Source: Mytilus trossulus (taxonomy: Eukaryota). From it: DNA of 64,000 bases. The position numbers were made by a program, and so were the translations under genes. Below, piece after piece: positions 53,301 to 62,300 of the stretch; the first letter of the stretch is position 1, and every line of letters begins with the position of its first letter. The notes below the pieces were generated by a model, which did no database searches, had not been told where the DNA came from, and was given only the letters and a program-made list of their open reading frames with translations. The stretch lies in assembly GCF_036588685.1 (NCBI RefSeq), contig NC_086383.1, positions 19,158,001-19,222,000 on the forward strand, in the 5' to 3' direction.

Positions 53301-56300
53301 CAGCATATATACGTGTACTAAGAGTCAAATTTTCTCGTTTGAATTGTTTTACATTGTCATTTTGGGGCCTTACATAGCTGATTATGCAGTATGGGCTTTG
53401 CTCATTGTTGAAGGCCGTACAGTGACCTTTAGTTGCTAATTTCTGTGTCATTTGGTCTCTTGTGGAGTTGTCTCATTGGCAATTATTATTTTGTAACCAC
53501 ATCTTTTTTATATATCAATCATAGTTAAAATACTTATTTGGAAAAACTTTTTGAAAGAACCTATTAACTTACCTTCCATGCATTCCCCTGGCTGTAATAC
53601 AATATCATCAATTCGTAAACCTCCATAATTATTGGACGGGAAAAATGTCTCAAAAATCACACTGAAATTTCCACTTGGAACAGTGGTCTTGTACTTTACC
53701 CAGAATGCACTTCCAACCATGCTATCAATTGTATACAATGGTGTGACAAGACCATCTGTATCTTGGAGTGCCACTCTCAAGTGACCATTGGTAAAAGGAT
53801 AGGACTGGGTCAAGAATGACAAACAAGACACGGTAGGAATATATTCCATTGGCGAGCGTAGTAAGTGGAAGCCAGCCATGGAGATATATATGTGATGATT
53901 GCCACCTGAAAATATAAATAAGGATAGATTAAATTCTCACATTATTTTATTATAAACCTAAACCCAGTTTGAATACTGTACATTCAGAAGTTTTAACATG
54001 CATTTATTATTGCAATTGTTGAAAAATGGACAGATACTTCGAGATTTGTTATAATGATTTTTAAAAAGAAATTACAATAGGAATAAAATTTTACATTTTT
54101 GTTTTAATTTGTTGATGTGAGATGTATCTTGTTTCTTCAGATAGTTTTGAATATTGATTTTCCTGTTTGAATGGTTTTACACTAGTCATTTTGGGACCTT
54201 CATAATACTTTCGATGTGAGCTAAGGCTCTATGTTGAAGGCTGTACTTTAATTGACCTATGATAGTTTATACTTTTTTTTTCAATGAAAATCATCTCTGA
54301 ATGAACTTCTAGATGCCTTTAGATTACATGTGGTTTTTGTTTTTTTGTTTTCTGTTTTATTGATGTGTAAATGATAGGGTATTGTCTTCCTATCATGTTA
54401 TACAACTTAGTATATACAAACAGAGTGAATAAGTTACTTAGGGAGTCACATGAACTACAAATAATGATAGACTGGGTGTGTCCTTGGATAAATCAAAACT
54501 AGAGATATATACAGTTTATTTACTGTGTATAAAAAATGGGCTTAATATTCAGATTTTTTTTTATGGAGAATAAGTTATTTATAATATATCTAATAAAATA
54601 ACTGAATACTATATAATAAATATTCCTACTTACTTGAGTCATTGACTCTGATGATATAATTGCCTGTTATGTTGTATTCACAAGCTCGAGCAGACTCAAA
54701 ATCACAAGAGATGGAGGAATCTGAAATTATAAAATTGCATAGGATAAATATTCAAGTGGAGACAATTTAGTTTCAAGGGAGATAACTGTTAACACATAAT
54801 GAATGTTGTTGCTAGCTTTTTTTTTATAACATATATATATACAACAGAATCAATCTAGCTGGTACTTTTTTTTAAAGAAATTTAAAACCTTTAAAGTCTT
54901 GATCAATGTTAAATATGGGTGGTGAAAAGTAATTTGCTAGAATCTTTAAAAAAAAAACACCAAAAAACAGGTCAACATTTTTGCAATCTTTTGACATGTT
55001 CATGCAGATACGAAAATAATTATATATATACAAGGAACTACTTGAAAACACTGACTATTGTATCATGTTTGTTTTTAAAAGTACAGATTTCATTCCCGTT
55101 TTATATTTGTTTTTGTATTTTTGCTGGGAAATCATATGGTATTTCATTCCAAAGGATATTTTCAAGGGAAATATAACTCACCGCATGATTTCTCATCACT
55201 TCCATCATTACAATTTTCAATACCATCACAAACAGAGGATTCTGGGATACATTGGAGGTTAGAAGCACATCGATGTTCATCAGCATCACAAACTGTAAAA
55301 AAATGGGGTTTTTTTAATCAGATTTTTATGACATAGCTTATTTATTATCAAATTTTCATGAAATTATCTTTTTAAAAATAGTTTTTCCTGAGTTTTGTTC
55401 TTTTTTTAACCAGATTTTCATGACCTTGTTCTTTTTTAATCAGATTTTCATGATATTGTTCTTTTTTAATCAGATTTTCATAACACTGTTTCTTTTTTAA
55501 TCTCAGATGATGCAGAAGTGAATATTGTGACCTTTAGGATTGTTTCATTTCTTAAAAAAGGTAATGAAATCTATTTGATAAATGTAACTGCCAGTGAGGA
55601 ATATTTATACCTCTCTGTTCAAATTGTCTGTGTTTATAAGAAGCTTTTAATTAAAAGTTTTTATTTAAACTAACTTCAATTTCAAACAGTCACATACTTT
55701 CTGTAGAAATGTTTTCAACCCTAAATAGGTTAACAAATGTAATGATATTCATTTGCATAAGGTCACTTACTCAGGGTTCTCTTAAAGACGCGAATACGCA
55801 TCCTGGACGCATGAAAATCGAGCTGGAGATGTTATTTTTGTATCCCCTAAGTCCGAAACACATCGTCTGGCCAAGAAGATTCATGATCACTGACAATGTT
55901 TTGGCAGAAAACTAAACTGGAAGTTGATGTGGAAAAATTTATGTAATACATAGATCCCAGGGCTCACCATGAAAAATTCCTAAGTGAGTACCCTACTTAC
56001 TATCAAATGCAGCTTATTTCTAATTGACTGAAATTCTTACTCACCAATTGGAGGACAAATTCCTGGTGAAATAGATATATTATCAACTCCAGCTGTTTCA
56101 ATACGGGAAGAACTCATTGAAAAGGGAGCTAACTCAAAATTAATGAAATCAAACTGTTCCTCTATCTGGTACAGGAAGTTCTTCCATGTACTGGTTCCCT
56201 GTAAGATGACTCTAGTAGATTCTGAGTTTTCTCTATTGAGTAACAATGTAAGATGAGCAATTGAACTCCCTGTGAACGTGTAATTGAACTGTAAACACTG

Positions 56301-59300
56301 AGTATTACTCGAGTCGAGGTGGTTTGGTGAAACTAACAAGGATCTAGAGTAACTGGTGGCTGTGACTGACATGTAAAAATCTGTAATATAAATGTTAAAG
56401 AGTTTAATCTTCTTCGATTTAAACCAAATAAATAAAAGATATTCAAGAAAGTTTACTGTTTTTTTATGATTTTATCATGCATAGAAAACATAGAACAGAA
56501 ATTTTTCCCTCAAAATTGTACAAATTGTAAGCTAGATTTTACTTCTTGAAATTGATCACAGTTAACCAAGTACCAGATGTCCTACCAAAGAGTAGGTAAC
56601 CTGCAGAAAAAATGTAAACTCTGGAGTCAAAAGTCGGTAATTGGCTGTTTCAGAATTTTTCATAAAGCAGCATGGGCAATTTCATTGTTCGTACCCCAAA
56701 GTGAAAATAACGACTTGACATTGGTTAAATTTCCATTGTTTTGGACATTTTCATCCTATTACGACGTTTTTGTGTACGCTTTTGAAAATATTACCCAGAA
56801 TGCATTAGATTCTGAAGGCGAATTAGAAAAAAGTCGATTTCATTTAGCAGTCACTTTTAAACTGAATAATATCACTAAATACTCTACTGTGGATACATTA
56901 TAATTCATTGGATACCAATTTTTGTTTATTTCGAAGGTACAGATGAACCAAAAATTTAAATGTCAAACAAATAACAAATTTTCCTTAGGACTGTACGAAG
57001 AATTCAACAAACTTGTAAGTTTTGCTTAATCCACAAAAATTGGTACCCACGAAAATAAATGAATCGTCAGAATTCTCTATATTTAGACAGTTGTATAGTT
57101 TGCATATAGCCTATATCAATCTTACCTCCCATCTTGTTGTCATGTTCTTTTCTCTTCCAGGCATCCGACATGTAGTATCCACATACGGCAGAGTCATCAA
57201 AATCACAGGACAAAGATTTAACTGTAAAGATTTAATAAGTTTATATAAATACATTCCTATCAACTTTGGCCTCTACATTCAATCTAAAATTTGTCTACAG
57301 CTAAGTAAATAAATTGTTATCATGTATTTCACATCCCTTTTACGTCAAACATTGTAAAAAGGTGATTCTTTTGTAAATTCCATTCGTTAAACTTGACAAA
57401 AATTGAGGCTAGTTTTAGTAAACTCATAGAATTTTAACCACAGGTGATGATTCTGTGTCTCTAAAGAAGGTCAATGACGAACTATTGTCAATAAGTGTGA
57501 AACTATAAAGCACAACCTGACACTTTTAGTTGTGTGCTTTTTTATTTGTTGAAATTTATATCAAAATATTATGTAGACTTCAATTTAAACATGTGTCTTA
57601 TATGGTCCTTTATCTGTGAAAATTACTCTTCAGGAGGATTTTAATTTCGTTGTTAAAGACCATAAAAATGAATAATGAATATAGCAAAGATTTTCGGGTG
57701 TCCCATCTAAGGATCAAACTCTGAGCAAAACCTAACCAGAAAATAACCCAATTTACAGTAATAACTTACCTGGACAGGTTTTAGCTGACAACACAACATC
57801 ATCAATATATACATCAGTATGGTTATTCATTTGAGTTTTGTCAGCCTTAAATCTCAGTGTTACCTCCCTTGGAGATGGTACAATAACACAGTATGCCTGC
57901 CATGCAGCTAATATTGGCTTAGTTGTCATAACTGTTGTAAAATCTCCATCTTTACTGATGGAATACATCAGGTTTTGAGCACTGTTCGAATTGTTTATCA
58001 TATATTTGAAATGTAAGTACATCGTAGATGATATGGTGATATTGGGAAATTCTACCATTGTTGTATCCCCTTCCTCTCCTAGTGATCCATTGGCAACCAA
58101 AAAATTATCTGAAATCAAATCATAAATAGTTAACTCATTGGTAATCCAAACATTATCCTTTTTGATATACATTGTTTTTTTTGTCAGAGCTTTCCACCCC
58201 ATCCTCAAATATCAACAATAAATGCAAATCTTGAAACTCATTAAAATTTCAATACATTACATCAGCAAACAATCACACACCATATATTTATCATCAAGTC
58301 TTCTGTCCCTTACCCTTGAAAAGATCTGATAGCTTCAAGTACTTTAAAGAGTACAACAATTCACGTTTCAGAATCTAATGCATTCTGGGTTATATTTTTA
58401 AAAGCAAACACCAAAAGGTTGTGATTGGTTAAAAACGTGATAAGCAATGGAAATTCAACAAATCACCTAACTTTCATTTGGGTGTAAGATCAATGAGATT
58501 ACCCATAGTCCTTCAGATTCTGAAAAAGTGTAATCTTTTTTTCAACAGATATTTCCCATGATTCATACTTACCACCATTAGAGTTGTGAACAGTCCATTT
58601 GTATGTATATACTGTGGGACATTTATCTGGTGTGATGATATTATATCCACACAAATCAGAGGGATCAAATCCACATACAGATTCGTGAATACCATCTACA
58701 ATAAATAAAACAACATTAGATGAATGATTGTAAATAGGTAAATAACGCTGTTTTGAAATATACAATGCTTTGATTCTCACTTATAACATATATATGGCAT
58801 TTAGTCAATTTCTTCATGTTCATGTATGCAATTCATAAATTAATGATCAGCACTTGTATTGTAAATTAAATAATTATGTTAAATATTTAATTATTTATAA
58901 CAGTTTAACATTGAACTGATGATTGTTGCAAGCTCAAAACTTACCATTACAACCACTTGTTGATACTTCAACATTATCCACCGCAGTTATCTGAGTGTAC
59001 CAAACAGTAGTTGTATGTACATATACTATTGCTATATTCCCAGTCACGGCACCCAAACTTATACATTTCTTTGTCCACTGATCAGCTTGACTAGTTGTTG
59101 TCCATAAAATATTGATGTCACTATATTCTATGCTTCTCATGGTAGTATTACCAGATTGTTCACTAATCCATCCAACTTCAAACTTTGTGTAACGAGAGTT
59201 CAAATAGTCAAAGGTAACACTCTCTGTACCATAAGCTTGGAAAAATTTGGTAAAAAGAAAAGTCTGACTTCCTTCGTATGAACTGCCACTTAAAGCATAA

Positions 59301-62300
59301 AAGTAACTTCCTGAAATAAAAATATTTTTTTTAAAGTCTAATTTTTTTAATGTTAAATAAAATATTGGAAGAAACACTAGTATAAATGAGAACTTTATTT
59401 AATATCTTTGCTCCTATTCACTAAGGCCGTTTTTATTAAATAAGTTGGTTTACGGATCCGCCGACCCGAATTTTCGCTAATTCAAATAAAAATAAACGCA
59501 CATTTGTCCTTAAAAATTATTTCCGCCTACCTCATATTTATCGATTTACTAAGAAAATTTTAAACGGAATTTTTGTCTTTAAGTTTCGTATTCTGGTTCC
59601 TATTACTGCATTAAAAAAATCGTAAACCAGTGCACCGGAAACGTAACTGGTTATCTTTCCCTGACACCCAAAAGCGAAAAAAGGTCGCCCTGTTCTTGAC
59701 GATACCAGTCGCATCCGTCATCGGACATTTTCAATTTTTAACAAGTTGATGAAACATCGTTTTTTTATTGATAATTTAAGAAATTAAGACATAAACGGTT
59801 CATTATCTTAAGAAAAGAGGCTGTTCAAAGCATTGTATTTGCAGTGTGTAGCATTTTATTTGATAAAAAATACAACTCAGCACCTCGAACATTTTTGCAA
59901 GTTCTGGTGCTTGTCACTCGAAAACGTACATCAACCTAAATTTCGACGGCAAAATAAGTTTGTTACTTCATTTAAACGTGATAAAAGTTGCCTCTAGTAA
60001 ATGTTTAATCCATTTATTGCATTGAAAACGTCATGTTCCTTTCCAAATAACTTGTCAAACATCGTTTATTTTTGTAAATTTTCTTGCATTCGTTCGCCAT
60101 TTACCGATTTCTAAACTACGGATCTGAACCGGACCAGCTAAGACCGAAATCCGTACTTTTACAATAATTATTATGGACGCACCGGCGAAACAGCTGACAG
60201 ACGAATATTGACCACAAAGGGAAAAATTATGTATGTCACATGCATTAAGAGGCATTTTAGTTACATCTAATTGATTGGTGTCTATAATTCCCTTTATTTT
60301 TTATAGATTAAATTTGTTTCAAACTTGATTAAAGTTGCTTAACTCTGAGACTATCACAGTTAGCTAATATCAATATATTATGGACCAGGTTAATAACTTA
60401 TATATTTTTTGATGAGAAACACTGAATTTTATACTTAAGATAGTTTTGAATTAAATTGTAATTGATATATTATAATTTCTTTACATTTTTCAAAATAAAA
60501 AAAAACCAATTTAGTGCTAGATATTAAATATTTAGTTGGAAGTTTCTCACAAGAACCTAAGTAAACTTTTGATTTGAAATGTTACTTTAATTGTATACTC
60601 AGATATGAATTGAACAATATAAAAAGAACATTATTTACATATGACCCTTTATACTATAGTAAAATCCAAACATTGTAGGGCACCACACGAATGAGCACTT
60701 CTCTTTCAAATCTCACCACTTCTCCCTATCAGTTTCAAAAAGAGAAGTTGCTTCTTCCTATAATTCTGAAGAAGTGTGAGCCCTGCAGATATCCGTAAAC
60801 CAAATAAAAAAAAACCTGGAAAGATCTAGTTTAAATTTATTTATTTTCCCTCCTCCTACCCTAAGTTTTTTGGGCTGATGTCTGTAAACCAACTTATTAA
60901 ATAAAAACGGCCTAAAATCTTACCTTGTTTGACCAGCAATATATTTTGGCAAACTTTGCACTAAGAAAATGATGTCAAAACAAATTTACACAAAAACAAG
61001 TTAAAGTTGACTCTTCTCCTAATGTGAAAACATGAACATATTTCGGAAAAAAGTAGATATTTGCATATTTAATTTTTACATAAATCAAAACATTGTTATG
61101 TTTTACCTGCAATGGTGTTATTTGGAACACCATTAGCTTGACCTCTGACCCACTTCACACGGTAATCGTTCCAGGTAACAAGATAACCACATGACCCATA
61201 GGAAAAGTCACATGATGCTAGATCTGAAATTACATAAAGAAAATGTTTATTTAAACAATTAACAAACTTTTATTACAAAGACAACAACATAAAATTGCAA
61301 ATGGAAATGGGGATTGTGTCAGAGACACCAACCAATCAAAGAGCAGATAACAGCTGAAGGACACCAATTGGTCTTCAATGTAGCGAGAAAATCTCGCACA
61401 GGAGGCATGCTTTAGCTGGCCTCTCAACATTCTATCTATGAAAAATCTAAAATTTCATCTACAATTAAGATTTTAGTAAAAATCACTCAATGTTAACTAT
61501 CCTCCAGCAGTTATTTCTTTCCACATTTTTTTTATTTTCAAGCCAACATTATGTAATGTTAATTCTAAAATTTATTCAAGGTATATTTCACAATTCTGAC
61601 ATTGATAATCATAGGTTTTTAGTATCCTTGTCAGAAATCAACCTTATGCAAAGGTACATATACATGTAAATGTACAAGACTTTGTATGAATTAGGAACAT
61701 TCAACTACAAAATAAAAGATGAACTTTCAAATTGGATTGTTTTGGAAGTTTTTTTATATCAACTCAATTTTTAAACAGTTACAGTAAAAAAATTAACAGT
61801 ACCAATTAACTTGCACCAGATGCACATTTCAACAACATTTCTCTTCAGTGATACTCGTGGCCAAAATATTTGAGATCCAAAGCTTATATAAAAGATGAAG
61901 AGCTATAATCCAAAAGGTCCAAAAAGTATAGCCAAATCCCTGAAAGGAATCAGAGCTTTGCATGAGGGAGATACAATCCTTAATTTATAATAATTTCTAA
62001 TATTTTGTAACAGCAAATTTTGATAACACAAAAAAATCAGTATTTTCATGCCAGTACCGAAGTACTGGCTACTGAGCTGATGATACCCTCGGGGACTAAT
62101 AGTCAACCAGCAGAGGCATCCACCCAGTGGTAGTAATAAAATCAACGGAACTATGCAAGGAAATTTTCATATTCATTTGCATCAGGTCAATTTCTATCTG
62201 ATGCAGCTCATAAGAAAATTCATAATAAAGTTTTAAAAAAATCTATCTGTTTTAAGGATCATTTTATTCACAGCTAGTTTGACAAGAAAAGATTTTAATT

